A DNA stretch of 64,000 nt from Podarcis pityusensis (taxonomy: Eukaryota), in the NCBI GenBank assembly GCA_964106645.2, contig OZ067042.1; one strand, 5' to 3'. Below are positions 50,013 through 63,794 of this stretch, one piece after another. Below the pieces are notes generated by a model, which was not told where the DNA came from, ran no database searches, and saw nothing but the letters and a program-made list of their open reading frames with translations. The stretch's first letter is position 1. Every line of letters begins with the position of its first letter. Made by a program: the position numbers and the translations under genes.

Positions 50013-51524
50013 TACGCCATGCCCCCTGGTAGCTATTTTGCAATTCCTCTCACAGATGAACGTGAAAAAAGGAGGGAGGTTGGTGGTATTAAAAAAGAGA
50101 GAGGCGAGTCTTGATGTGTAGTTGCTGACACCTTTGAAATAAACCACCCCATCTACTTTCTAACTCTGGCTTGAATAATATGCATTTTAGTCAAGTCTGG
50201 TTCTGGTTGGAGGAAGAGTTTGCCAACAGTTTGAGGTAATGCTTTTGTTCTGTACTCAGTGCCCTTTTTCGGAGCCACCAAAAGTTGTTCCTGGCTGTTT
50301 TGTTGCAACTTGCAGCCTGGAAGCCTGTGTCCATGTCATGCTAATAATTGAAGTCAGCAAGAGAAAAAGTATTGCTAACTGTCTGGCTCAAAAAGTGCAC
50401 CCAGTCCATGAAGATCTAAGCAGCATCCACACTAGGGTAAGATATACTGCTCCTTAGGTCAACAGCAGGCCACAGGCACTGATTGTTTTTTGTAAACGTT
50501 TCATGCTTAAAACCCAAGGTATTTATAAATGTTAAATAACCCTGGCTTTGGCTGTTACCTGTATAGTTTTCCCTCTGAGAAAAATTTGGGAGGGATCAAT
50601 ACCAAAAGTACAACACACATGGACACTGAATTTTCACCCTGGTGAATATGAGGCCAGTCCCACCATTAGGCAGAGTGGGACGGCTGCTTCAGGCAGCAGA
50701 AGCTGCTTGGAACAGAGTGGCAGCAAGTTTTTGGAGGGCAGAATGGCCAACGTTCAGGGATGCTGGGAGTTGTAGTCCACCAGGTTCCCTGTCCCCAGTG
50801 TATAGGATTGCAACCATGGTTATATAAGGGATCAGACTCATGCTATTATCTTTTCATAACAACCTATGGTTTGGTGTTAATTGACTTTCTAATACAAAGA
50901 CTTGGATAATTTAATTGTCTCCGGAAGCTTGATAGCACTTCAACTAGGTCTGTATTTGGGGATGGAAGAGAACTGTGTCCAGAATCTAGGAACGTAAGTT
51001 CTATAAGTCCTGACAAACTGTTCCTTCTTTTCTTAGTGCCAGGAACTCTGTTTATATCTTGGAACACAATCTGCGCCAGTTCCTTCTGCCCACGAACCAG
51101 TGAGGGTGGGAAAAACAGACGATAATTGAAGAGAAAGGCAACACAAGCTCAGTGTGCATTTTAAAAACCAACAACTTAAAGCAGCGAGAGACCCTCACTG
51201 TCAGAGGTGGCTCCATTCCTATTTATATAACAGCTGATTCCATGGAGCTATGGCTCAGATATTTATCCACATTGCCACATGCAGATTGTTTTGTATTGCT
51301 CCCTTTCCAAGAAAAGAGAACAAATGCTTAATATCAGAGCTTGAAAGGCCTAGCATGAAACCAATAGCAAAGTAATGAAACAGAGTGTTCCAAATACTTT
51401 CATGGAATCACAGTGTAGAAAAGCGATAATTCTGCGGATGCTTCCGGAGAGCAATTTGCATTATATGCTGCAGATGGAATTGCTCACATCTGTTCTGACT
51501 TGGATGCCATGGGCTTTTATTTTA

Positions 51525-51750
51525 TGTATTTATTTTTATTTTATTTAATGAATTTAAATTCTTCGCCAAGGAGCTCAAAGTGGAGTGCATGGTTCTCTCT
51601 CTCCTCATTTAATCACAACAACCCTGTGAGGTAAGTTTAGACTGAGAGGCAGTGACTGGCCCAAGGTTACTCCGTGAGCTTCATGGCCAAATGGGGATTC
51701 AAACCCCGGCCTCCCAGGTGCTACTCCGGCAGTTTAACTACAACACCACA
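51525..51750 (-). mobile_element. tRNA-derived SINE (Squam3/MIR-like)
   Basis: Reverse complement of the 2297-2522 family, with A/T-rich tail. Confidence 0.8.
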
Positions 51751-51755
51751 CAGGA

Positions 51756-52000
51756 CATGGGTAAGCAAACTAGGGGCCCGATCCGGCCCAATCGCCTTCT
51801 AAATCCAGCCCGTGGACGGTCCAGGAAACAGCGTGTTTTTACATGAGTGGAATGTGTGCTTTTATTTAAAATGCATCACTGAGTTATTTGTGGGGCATAG
51901 GAATTCGTTCATATTTTCCCCAAAAAAATATTGTCCGGCCCCCAACAAAGTCTGAGGGACAGTGGACTGGCCGCCTGCTGAGAAAGTCTGCTGACCCCTG
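51756..52000. mobile_element. hAT/Charlie MITE (245 bp), OposCharlie1-like ends
   Basis: catgggtaagcaaact ... gtctgagggacagtggactggccgcctgctgagaaagtctgctgacccctg; perfect TSD acacagga. Confidence 0.85.
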
Positions 52001-52076
52001 ACACAGGATCTTTAACATAGCCGGATAGAGATGCTCTTTTGGACATGTTTCAGCTTGTGCAAGCTGGTGTTGTAGA

Positions 52077-52498
52077 CAGTGCTTTTTTTCTTAAAAAATG
52101 TTTAGGGGATAATGCTCTCTTTGACTCAAGAAAATCACCATTTTATAGTTCAAATTGGGAAAAATAAATACAGTAAATGGACAAAAGTACAAGGAACATG
52201 CATTACCTCATATTACACAGATGACAGCTGACAGTAACTTCCACATTGGCATGAGGTTGTGTGCACTAACATCCACATTCCACACTGCTTCACACATTAA
52301 ACGCTCGCTTCCATCTAAGACTCAGGAAACATTGTGACAGGAAATAAGGCTGCCATTGGGGGTAGAAATGAAACTGACGATTCACTGTGCTAGAGAAGAA
52401 ACAAAATTTTTAATTTTTTTTTAGTTTCTTCTTCCGTTAGATTCACAAAATGTTTAGGGGTATGCGTACCCCTGTGTACCCCCCCCAAAAAAGCACTG
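52077..52498. mobile_element. hAT MITE (422 bp)
   Basis: TIR cagtgctttttt / aaaaaagcactg; TSD gttgtaga / gttataga. Confidence 0.85.
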
Positions 52499-52807
52499 GT
52501 TATAGACAAGCTTCTTAAAGGTTTGGGACCTTTCAACTGTTTTTCAAATCCTTGCTCTTTCTGGTTATTAAAATCTGCTTGGCCTGAGCTTACTAAGAGA
52601 GGCAAAGGTTAAATCCCCACAGAATAAATTCAAATGTGGACTCTTTCATTTTGTATAAGTCTCACCCAGCATCTCACGTGCCGTCCTTGAGGAAGGTCTT
52701 GGAAAAAGTATGGGTATCATCCATGTGGTCTTGGATGTTATGAAAAATTTGGATTTAATCTTGGTCTCTCTGGTAGGCAGTATTAAATAAAATTGGGCAA
52801 TATTAGA

Positions 52808-52808
52808 A

Positions 52809-52851
<43 letters not shown>
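52808..52851. repeat. (AG)n microsatellite
   Basis: Direct reading. Confidence 0.95.
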
Positions 52852-52853
<2 letters not shown>

Positions 52854-53712
52854 ATTTTAAATGCCGCTTAACATACATGCCTCTTGGTTTGAAAGAAACG
52901 TTAAATAGTACATTTGTAAATTTGTACTCTTCCTCTAAGGAATTAACACAGAGCCAACAAAAGGCAGTGTGATGCTTAGCAGGGACTCTTGACAGAAGTT
53001 TTAAAATGAAGAAATCTACAGTTAGAGCAGCTGCTCCCCCCTCCAATAACAGAGAAGCCAAATGCAGCTTGAGTAATGGCTCCTTTGCATTCATGGCTCC
53101 AATAGGCAATTCCAGGTCCCTTGTCAGTTGGTTGAGCAAGAATGGCTTTCTTGTCAATCTCAGACTGGAGAGAAGTATCATTCTCACCCACCTAACTCAA
53201 AGCTAAGCTGTATGCCATGCCAGCCTCGACCCTAGAGAAATTGAAGAGGGGGGAAAAAGAAAACACACGGAAGCAAATTGAAGCAAACAGATCAAGCCCC
53301 TAATAAACCCCTATTTTAAGGTTCACGCAAGTCAGAATCTAGACTAAATCTGGAGGAGAAAGGCTCCATTCATCTTGGGTCTATTTTACAGAGGACCTTC
53401 CTTGTGTAGGAAATCCAAGAAAAACTTGGAAAAAGAATTCTAACTCTGCTAATATATCTGAGCAAAGACTTCGCCTCTGTGAAACACAAAACAAGGAGGA
53501 CCTTGTAAGAGACACCCCCCGCTAGCACCCCGAATATAGGAATTAACTGTGTCTGATTAAGACATAAAGAAAAAGAAAGCCAATGGAAGAAAAGGGGCTA
53601 TACTCGCTTGGTGTATAGGAAGGACTCACATCTTTCTCCACAAGGACCACTATGGTTTAGCATGGGTTGCCATATTGTAGAGATCTCAGAATTGCACATA
53701 AAAAGTTCCAGG

Positions 53713-53749
<37 letters not shown>

Positions 53750-54038
53750 GTATCCTGCCCATCTAACTGGGTTGCACCAGCCACTCTGGGCAGCTTCCAA
53801 CATATATAAAAACACAATAAAACATCAAACATTAAAAACTTCCCTAAATAGGGCTGCCTTCAGATGTCTTCTAAAAGTCAGATAGTTTATTTCCTTGACA
53901 TCTGATGGGAGGGTGTTCCACAGGGCGGGTGCCACTACCGAGAAGGCCCTCTGCCTGGTTCTCTGTAACCTCACTTCTCGCAGGGAGGAAACCACCAGAA
54001 GGCCCTCAGAGCTAGACCTCAGTGTCCAGGCAGAACCC
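53713..54038 (-). mobile_element. L2 LINE 3' end with (AAT)n tail
   Basis: RAFSVVAPALWNTLPSDVKE..TFRRHLKA.LF; microsatellite tail. Confidence 0.9.
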
Positions 54039-55452
54039 ACTGCCTCCCTAGGTAGGGCAGGGAATGCCTCCTATGAAACCCTCAAGAGTCACTGCTGGTC
54101 AGTTTGGACAGCATTGTGCTGGATGGACCAATATTTTGACTCAATGTAAGGCCCCTTCCTATATTCCTGTGGTGTTTTATAGTCTTTGTTTTATGTCTTT
54201 ATTTGTATAGTGTGAGACAGTGTTTCAGAGACAGTGTCACTGCAAGGAAAAGTACTTGTAACAAAAGCATTTTCTCCCTTGACTCACAGATCACAAATCA
54301 TTGTTTAAAACGAACAAACATACAGTACTCAAATAATTAATCTGTCATACTCTGATCAAGCCCAAGAAGAACATGTAATCAAGTATTAAAACAAAGTTTG
54401 CAGTCATTTGCATGCCGCAAATAAAATAAAGTAAGAAAGTATTATGTTTGAAGGGCAAAGTTATTTACAATGCAACCTTATACACCCCTACTCAAAATAA
54501 GTCCCACTGTGGTCAATAGGGCTTGCTCCCAAGAAAGTGGACCTGTAGCTTTAGGACTTCATTCAGCTTGGACTCTTATGGTCCAGGGCTACTGTCTTCT
54601 TGGTAATTTACTTCATTTTCTCAAAACCTCACCATCCCCATCTGGTGGCTTCACCCCCAGCAGTCCAGGGAACTTCAGTGAGCAGATTGAGGAGAGGTCA
54701 CTGCTCTCGACTGCATCAAACTCATGCCCCTGCCAGAGTCCTATCTGAAGCCAGATCCTACGAAGATGCAGGAAATGAATCCCACTGCAACAAAGAAAAG
54801 ATGGAGGAGGCACCTTTTCCAATCTGAGGGCCACGTAGCCCACTGGGCAACCTGCTAAGAGCCACATGCCCGTGGTGGGTGGGACCAGAGGTGAAAGTGG
54901 GTGGAGCAACCAATGTTACCTTTGTGCCCTAGCCTTGTCTCTATACACACATACTCCTCCTCTCTGTTCTCCATCCAGGTGAGCAAGAGGCATTATCAGA
55001 GTTCAAGAATACACTCCAGCCCAGCAAAAAATATTGGGCTGTGAAGCAGGGCAAGTGAGATGGGTATAACCTTGGGAGTGTTGTGAGGATCACTTAAGCC
55101 TGGAGGGGCCATATTTGGTATGGATCCTAAGGTTCCCCACCTTGTCGTAAAGTCATCGCCTGTACTGTATGAAATTCATGTCCCGAAAGAGAAATGCACA
55201 CCTGTGGGGCTGTGAAACAGTTGCTCCAGGAAGTCTCCAGAGAGCAGCATACCATGGCCTGTTGCACAACTGCCTGCCCTGCAGCTCGCAAGAGTGCAGG
55301 AGTCTGCCGGAAACTGTAAGTTAACAACCCCACAGAGGAACAGTTAGGACCACCCCCACCACTACTAGGCATGAGAGGGAGCTTGTGGTCTGCCTGAAAC
55401 AGGGCATGGGATGGATCCTGTACCATCTCACAGCCTGTAGAGAGGAAGGAGC

Positions 55453-55453
<1 letters not shown>

Positions 55454-55499
<46 letters not shown>

Positions 55500-55608
55500 T
55501 TATTATTTATACCCCGCCCATCTGGCTGAGTTTCCCCAGCCACTCTGGGCGGCTCCCAATCAAGTGTTAAAACCAGTACAGCGTTACATATTAAAAACTT
55601 CCCTGAAC
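55454..55608 (-). mobile_element. L2 LINE 3' end with (AAT)n tail
   Basis: Homologous to 53713-53850. Confidence 0.85.
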
Positions 55609-57535
55609 ATTGAGCTATAGCCAGCAGCTGGGGCACATAGTGCCTGAATCTGGATGTCCAACAGGTGAGGGCATGATAGAGTGAAGAGGGAGAAATGTAG
55701 GATACCTCCTTTGCTGTGTTTTGTCCATTCTGGTGGCATATCTGGTGTGTTCCCCCAGTGTCTCTTTTGTCTGGCATGTCCCAGGTTCATTGGCATAGCA
55801 GAGCTTCTACCAAATCCTACAGTTTTTCCTCCAATGGAACTCAAATATTGGATTGTGTCCTACACCACCTAAAGAACCATGAAAGCCCAATTCACTTACA
55901 AGCTTGGCCACAGGTTATACAGAATGAAGCTCCTCTTATTTTCCTTGTACAGCAAACTCCTCTCGCAAGAAATGAATAAACAAACAAACTATTAGGCATC
56001 CGTTAGCTGACATGAACATACAAACATTTTAATCCTTTAAAAAAAGAAAGAAAGAAATAGTTTAAAAGAAAAAGGAGTTGGTCAAAAGTTACGTGGGTCG
56101 ATGACAGAACGGGGCTGGGATTACGAGTCTGTAAGACGATTCTCTGTGGAGTTTCAACAACGACGTTTTGTCTTTGTCCAGAAAAAACAACCTCAAAGCT
56201 AATGTGGCTTTATGCCACAGAGTATATTTTGCAACTCTGTGTGCTTCATGCCAGGAGTGACTCTAGACTGGAAACCACATGGCAGTCTCCAAGAATGAAA
56301 CTCTTTTTTGCAGGTAACTTTTAAAAATATTTAACATATAAACAATGAAATTCAGAAACATGCAGGGAACAACCCGCTTGCCCTGCACACACAGCCCTGG
56401 TGTGCACAGGCTCTCAAAAAAGGCGACTTCCCTCGTTCCTCAGCTTATGCCTGAAGGAACAGAGAGGAAGGCCTGGGTGGAAATGCGGGATATGGGTGCA
56501 AGTCTATCATCTCTGCTAATATACCTTATGCTGCCTATGTGCAGGCAGTGGGAGAGGGAAAAGTGGACCCTTAGGTAGATCTTCCACATGTGGGCATGAC
56601 AATTGCATCATCATGAAAGGACTGTGTGCCCATTGTTTTCATGATGCACAACAAAAATGATCACAAAATGCAGAATACAGTAAGCCTGCAACGTATGCAC
56701 ATTTAGCTTGTGCACATTTAGCTTTACACACTTGGCAATTAAAATGAAATGAAATGAAATAATAGAATAGAATAGAATAGAGGAAACGGGGGGGGGGGAA
56801 TCCGGGGGGGGGGAAGCTTTGGCAATCCCACCCTAATGTGCTTTGACTATATATGATTTTGGCTTTAAGCTTGATCCCCATGCAAATTGCAGGCTTAATG
56901 TATTTTCTTATAATACTAAGCACTTTCTTATACTACAGGGCCATGGGTTGCTGCAGCAGGAAAGCTGGAACAGCGGGGCCCATTGAGATCCACAGCCATT
57001 GGGCCCCTCCCTCCCTTTCAAGGTGGTCATTCTAAGAACAATTTTGACTGTGTACACATTACTGGATTAAAACTCAGTGAGGCCACTGCCCCCCCCCCCA
57101 TTGTATTTGCACATCATTGTACGAAACAGCACAGTTGGATGTGCTTTTGAAAAAAATTGCCATCTGTTCACACCTGCTGGTGGACTGGGAGTGTGGATGT
57201 CTTCAGGCGGCTTACATTTTCAAATCGTTTCAAAGGTGTTTGAGGGAAAACACAATATTTCTCAAGAAACTCCAGGACAGATGTGAATTGTGGCCAGCGT
57301 GTTTATACGACTTCCCAAACTGGTGGTGAGAATACACTGAACTGGAGGCAGAACAAATGGGAGTGTGTCCACAGCCTCTGTAACTTGAGGAACTGGTACA
57401 TGAGTTTGTTTGTTTTCCATCTATATCCATTTTAACTTTTGTGCTATGCCTTTCAGATTTTAAGCCTGTGGGTAGGAAGTGTCTTGTATTTAATCTATGT
57501 ATGGCACTTAGAACATGTTAGATGCTTCATAACTT

Positions 57536-57578
57536 ATACTACTACTACTACTACTACTACTACTAATAATAATAATAA
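57536..57578. repeat. (ACT)n(AAT)n microsatellite
   Basis: Direct reading. Confidence 0.95.
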
Positions 57579-59244
57579 ATGGGTGGGGAGGCAATTCAAA
57601 TGGATTTCCTCCATTTCATAGCTTCTGGGATTATCCTGATGGATCCCTGCCTGTGCAAATGATGTTGCACGTTTCCAGGAAATGAAACTATGTAAGCTGG
57701 ATCCCTTCAGATGCCTTTGTGTGTCAGCAGACTCCAGAGGAATCCATCCAAAAACAACCTGATGTAAGAAAATATTACACTGGAAAGAGTCCAGTCTAAA
57801 AACAATGCTCATCTGTGTTGTACTATTAGGACAGCATTATACCCTGTGATTTTTTAAAAGTTGACATTCAGATTCTGAGGCTGAAATTGGAGGTCAACGT
57901 CAAGAGGTTAACGTTTTGTGAATAATTTCATCTTCGCTAAAAATGTATCGTGAGAGCTGATCAGAGACAACAAGTAATGCAGAGTTGGAAAGGGGCTAAT
58001 TTAAGTATCATCTATATTGGTCTTCCCAAGTGCTATCAAAGAAATAATTTTATTCCTAAATGGAATTTACTAACTCTTTTTAACTTAGCTTAAAAGAAAA
58101 CAAGGGTGCTGCTTAAATTTGCAATTGTCACTTCCCCTTTAAAGGAAAAGGTGCCAACATCAAAGCAATGGAACAGAGTCCTCTATTTATAAACAGAACA
58201 AGTACATTGCTGGCAGCATCATCCTTGGCAGGCTCATGACCGTGTATCACCTCCTTATTTTGCCTTAAGTGGACTTTGGGAGGGTAGCTTTCCTTATGCT
58301 GGGAATCTGCCAACAAGGATGTGATTGACACCTGTCAACAAGGTAGCAGAAAGAGATCATGTGCCTGAGTCATAAATTCCAGACAGATGTCAAGCTATAA
58401 AGGTTCCCATCGTGGACTTGGTTTTGATGGCTGGTCCAACATTTTTGGATTACCATCCAGTCCCTCTGTGAATCACTTTGAAAGGTTCTTTATATGTTAC
58501 TAAAAATAGGATTCATTATTTCATACACTCACACTCAAGGCTGCTACCTTTGGAACACTGAACTTTCCACAATGTTGGTCCCGCTTATGATTTTAATATT
58601 AGATTTATGCAAAGATTTTGTCTTTGCATGAGATTTTACTTAGCAATTGGAAATGTGCAGTTTTGCCCATTTCTCCATCGGCTGTTCTCTGATCATCTAA
58701 TGTACAGCAGCGATCCAACTGGGCTACTTCAAATGCAGAGAAAATACATAAGGAGGAAGAGAAAATGCATTTCATAAATCATATGAACAAAAAAAGGGGG
58801 GCTTTATTCTAGCATTTAAAAATTGTAGGAGTGGAGGGGCAATGCCTGTCAGCCTCACTTTTTCCACCTCCTAGCCTTCTGGCATTGAGTGGGAAGGGCA
58901 GAAGCAAGGATAAACCGAAGGCACTTCTAGTCTTCAAGGATCAGCATGGCCAGGACTTGTGCATGATCAGGGTCTCTGATTGTAGAGAGGGTTGTAAGTT
59001 ACTGGGCACAGTTTCAGAATGTCCAAATAGGGCTATAGTCTGATCTGTTTGACCCACCAAATACACCTCTATGATACAAACTTTCCTCTTTGAATTATCC
59101 CTCAGCAAATCTGCAGGGTATTGGTCACAATATACATTATGAAAGTTGGAGAATATGCAGAATATGCATCATGAAAGTTGGCGGCCTTGTGAGCAGGGAG
59201 GAGCGTGTGTGTTGCTATGAGCCCTTTTTTGCCTCAATGGGATA

Positions 59245-59485
59245 CAGTGGTACCTCGGGTTACATACACTTCAGGTTACATACACTTCAGGTACAGACTC
59301 CGCTAACCCAGAAATATTACCTTGGGTTAAGAACTTTGCTTCAGGATGAGAACAGAAATCATGCAGCGGTGGCGCAGCGGCAGCAGGAGGCTCCATTAGC
59401 TAAAGTGGTGCTTCAGGTTAAGAACAGTTTCAGGTTAAGAATGGAGCTCCGGAACGAATTAAGTACTTAACCTGAGGTACCACTG
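59245..59485. mobile_element. Tc1/mariner (Tigger-like) MITE, third copy
   Basis: Same TIRs and body as 6003-6241; TA TSDs. Confidence 0.9.
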
Positions 59486-60739
59486 TACATGGAAATTCAA
59501 CTGGATCTTTAACCCATAGAAGTGAACTGAAAGGACTCCCTCCATCTCTTTGCCTCCAAACACAGGAGATTGGCACTGCAGTTTGGAGAAAAAAATTATA
59601 TCTCTTAAAACAACTAAAAGGAAAGGAAAGGAAGAAGGAAATCCATGAAATTGTGGTATTTCTGTGAGGAGAGCGGCTACACAACATGGCACAGAGATAT
59701 GTGTTGCATTGTTTATCATTAGTGCATCATTCATGTTGTCCTGGGCACTGGCCATTATGTGAAGATGTCACGTAGCACTCGTAACTACAATAGGTACGAT
59801 TAGCTTGGGAGCGGAAAAATCATTTTTGTAATAAGACACTATTATACTTTTAATGCTAGGGAAACGTACTGGCGACAGAAGTGCTACCTTGGAGTGAAAC
59901 ACCTGGCTGCTCTGAAAGAGCTGAAGGACAGCTGTTACAATTGTGACATTAAAAATACATTGCCCAGACTACAAAGAGTTCTTGCGGTAATCTCACCTCA
60001 AACACTTGAGACAAAATGCCATTGTCAGGTTTGAGCATAAAATGCAGCAATGTTTAATCAGGGATTATTTATGCCAGAGAAACAAAAACCCAAAGTTAAA
60101 AACTTTGGAACTGAAAAACTTTGAAATGGAACAGGTAAGAAACAGGCTAGGGGAAGGTGTCCTTGAAGAGCTCTGGTGGAAACAGAGTCACCATTCAGAG
60201 AAATCTCATTTCTGCAGCGGAGTACTGGTTTACAAGATACAGTATCAGCCTTCATAGGGCAGCTATCTTCAATCACCAAATACCAGCTGTTGATGTTTTT
60301 TTTAAAAAAAGATACCCACACAAGTTAGGCTGCTACCTGAATGTACCAATTATTTGTTTAAGGAAAAGGTGCTGACATTTGCATACTTTTCTGTAAAAAA
60401 AGGGGGGGGGGGCAAATGGTTCCAGATCGACTGAGAGGAGAGGAACAGTTGCTGTTTCCTTTCCTACCTTTGTAGGGCTTGAGGACCAATTTTTGCAGTC
60501 CCACTGTCTGATTTTGAAGAGAGTCCAGGTTTCACTTAACACATTGGCATGAGTCAAAAATGAAGAAGGGGGAGATTGTTACTCTTGCAATGTCCTTTGC
60601 CTCTGACATTTCTGCCTTGCACTTTTTATGAGCTTTCCATGTGCAGCGTGAATGATGGCACCTCTAGCTTTCAGAGGCCACTTGTGATGTCTGCCAGTGT
60701 CAAGCTACCCTCCAGATAACCAAGCATGTTCCTTCCATG

Positions 60740-60888
60740 CTTCTCAGTCCTAATAAAATATGTGTAATGTCATCCTGCATAACTCATCTGGTACTCAGAG
60801 TACTCAAGCTGAACAACTTCTTCTCAGTCCTAATAAAATATGTGTAATGTCATCCTGCATAACTCATCTGGTATGCAGAGTACTGAAG
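60740..60888. repeat. Tandem duplication with 80-bp period
   Basis: 60740-60793 is identical to 60820-60873, followed by about 15 more near-identical bases. Confidence 0.92.
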
Positions 60889-61555
60889 TTGGGGCATGTC
60901 TGCCCCATAAAGAAAATGATAATCAAATTCTGCACTGAATTCTGTGCTGAAATAAACTTTAGATATATATTTTTTGCAAGTGGAATAAATGGACCCAATG
61001 ACATCCTTAAAAGACAATTCTATACATCTCCAGTCAGACGTAAGTCCCATGGAGTTCAGCTGGGCTTAGGTCCAGATAAGTGGTTATTATGGGACTGCAG
61101 CCTTATTCACTGGTTTGAGTTTAATTTATATAAGGAGGGACAGAAATGGAGATTGTAAGCAGGGATATGGCATTCCCCTCGGCCCGTGGGAATTTTCTTC
61201 CTAAAGTAACACTTCATGCAAGGACAGCCGTTTGCCAAGAAAAGTCAGAGAGGGATTGTGGAGCATAATGCAATACCTGTTTGCACGTAGGTTATTTTTG
61301 CTTTGCTAACCAGGAACAAGGTGCTGTGCAGAACACAGAAGCGACACACACAAGCACCTTAGCTCCAGAAGGTGTGCTTCATCCCCATCCCCATTTCATT
61401 TTGGTACTTGGCACATGGGGGGGGGGGCATCATTTAGGCTGTATACATGCAGCATTTGAAATGAACGGAGACCAATTTTTAATTTATTTTTTACAGTAGG
61501 CTTTTGTACACTGTGGTTTGCAACTGCACACACCTTCATGTGATAACATCATCTC

Positions 61556-61720
61556 AAGTGTTGCATAGTGGTTAGAGTGCTGGACTGGGACTGGGGAAAG
61601 GAAGGTGGAAATCCTCACCCAGCAATGAACTTCACTGGGTGATGCTGGGCTCAATCACTATCTCTCAGCTTAATTTACTTCACAGGGTTTTTTGTGAGGA
61701 TCAAAACAGAGGGGCAAAGT
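61556..61720 (+). mobile_element. tRNA-derived SINE (Squam3/MIR-like), degenerate
   Basis: atagtggttagagtgctggact...cactgggtga...tctctcagcttaatttacttcacaggg. Confidence 0.7.
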
Positions 61721-62042
61721 TATATATTGTTACAGATCTGGGGTAACAGAGGTTGGGGGTGAAAGGTCACCCGTAACTGCTAGAATTAGGGAATGCTAGA
61801 AATTAATGAACAGTATAATTGAGATAATATTGAAGGGAAGATGCCAGATGTTAGATCTAAAATGCAGGCTAAACCAGGAAATCTCCTTAGGGGAAGGACC
61901 ATCAAGGTGCAATTATGGCCAGTCATTGACCCTCTGCCTCAGCTCTGGGTAAATAGCAGAGTTGGGAGGGGGAGTTTACAGGGGGCATGATGTCACATAG
62001 GAAAAAGGTGTCCTTTTGAAACTGAGAGGCTGAGGAAGAAGG

Positions 62043-62200
62043 CAGGGTCAACAAACTTTTTCGGCCGGGGACCAGCATTTTAAATAAAAGGACACATTCT
62101 ACTCACGTAAAAACACGCTGATTCCTGGACCATCTGTGGGCTGGATTTAGAAGGCGCTTGGGCTGGATCCGGCCCCCGGGGCCTAGTTTGCCAACCCATG
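62043..62200. mobile_element. Internally deleted copy of the 51756-52000 hAT MITE, opposite orientation
   Basis: Reverse-complement similarity; flanks aagaagg on both sides. Confidence 0.8.
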
Positions 62201-63794
62201 AAGAAGGGGGAGAACTGGATGTGCTGCCGTGAAGGCCAGAACCATCTTGGTGAGTTGGCTGAAGAAAGGCTGGGAAAGAGCACAGAGATGTCTGGGAATC
62301 CAGTGCTGGGCTGCTGTGAAGGATGGGCTCCTCCTGAGATCCAAATGCTGTGAACTCTCTTCAGAGTAGATCCAGGTGTAAATATGTGTACAAGAAACCA
62401 TATTTATTGAACACACTAGTTTCCACCGCGCCTTGATTCCCCAATGGAAACAGCAGAGATTGGGGGTGGCATGCAACCTTGGAGGAAAGAAGGGGTATAA
62501 AAGTAGTAAATAGCTAAAATGAAGCAGCAGCCTGTGATTAAAGCACTGGTGAAGAAGCTGGCCCAAATTCTGAAGCTGCCTTTCCCCCAAAAGTCATTTG
62601 CAATCCTGTTTCCCTGGAGCAGAGAGACAGCGGGTGTTTCCCTGGATTAATGATGTGGGTCATTGCTCAGCTCAAAGGCTGCATTGAAGGAGATGGCTGA
62701 AAACTGCTGCAGACAGGTGGGTGACAACCACCCTTCAGAACCCTTTTATACATTCCCTGTCCTGGATGGCACACTGAGACCGAAATAAGAAAAGTGTGAA
62801 CAAGACAAACAAACAGGATACAGTGTGGGAAGATTATTTCTGGTCTGCAGGAGGCTCGAAAAGGTGGCTGCATGCTTGTCACAGTCAAATAATTATAGGC
62901 AGGGGTCAGGGGCCTTCCTGGAAAAGCAAAGCATGCCTCCAGGGCAGTGAAACCTTTACACAATGCTCCCGCATAAGTCATTGTTCAATGGCAATTATCA
63001 CAAGATCTGGGAGGCCCAACAGCTTTGTAGCCATAGGGTAGAGGTGGAGGAATAGCCTCGCTGTCAATTGCCCTTTTAAACACACACATAGCTGGTTCAG
63101 GAAAGAAGTAGACAATCGGCAAACAAAACATAATAGTCAACCATAATTAAGGCCATAACAATATATCACAAAATGGCAAGCTATTGCTGGGTGGGTGACC
63201 ATGAAAAAATATCAATGGCTTATTCTTGCAGCTTGATCCTACTGGTGAAGCTTTGTACAGCTGCAGAAAGAGAAACAAGATCAACGGCTAGTATTTGCAT
63301 ATGCAGCCATTATTAATGGCATATCTACAGAGGCCAGGCTAAACAACTGGCAACCCCAATTGCGGGAAGGGAGCACTGCTGATGCTAATTGCTTTTGGCT
63401 TTTGTGATGGCTAGTCCTCTCCTGCAGCTGTACGACAGGTAAGCTAGGCAATATTCTTCATAGAGAGCATATTAAAGCACATACACAGAGTAGTGGTACT
63501 TGGGGGAATTTATCACAAATCATGACCTATCACCAGAGTGAACAGACACAAAGGAGGACAAGGGTCTTGTACTTGTGCAGAAGAAGGAATTTTAGCAGGT
63601 GCGGTTTGTCATGCAAGAAAAGGGATTTCCTTCTTTTTACACAACTCACAGGGACTTTGTTTGCCTCTGGGTGCCCTGCTGATAACCCCACAAATGATAG
63701 CCAGTAAGAATGCAAAACATACCTCCCAGCCAGCGTTGTTGTAGATACAAACACACTTTCCCACCTATAAAATTATTTGAATAGGCCTGCTTAC

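Noticed and set aside
55127-55777. 216-aa ORF with a poly-Leu stretch resembling a membrane segment
   Set aside because: The poly-Leu is the (AAT)n tail of an L2 fragment read on the minus strand.
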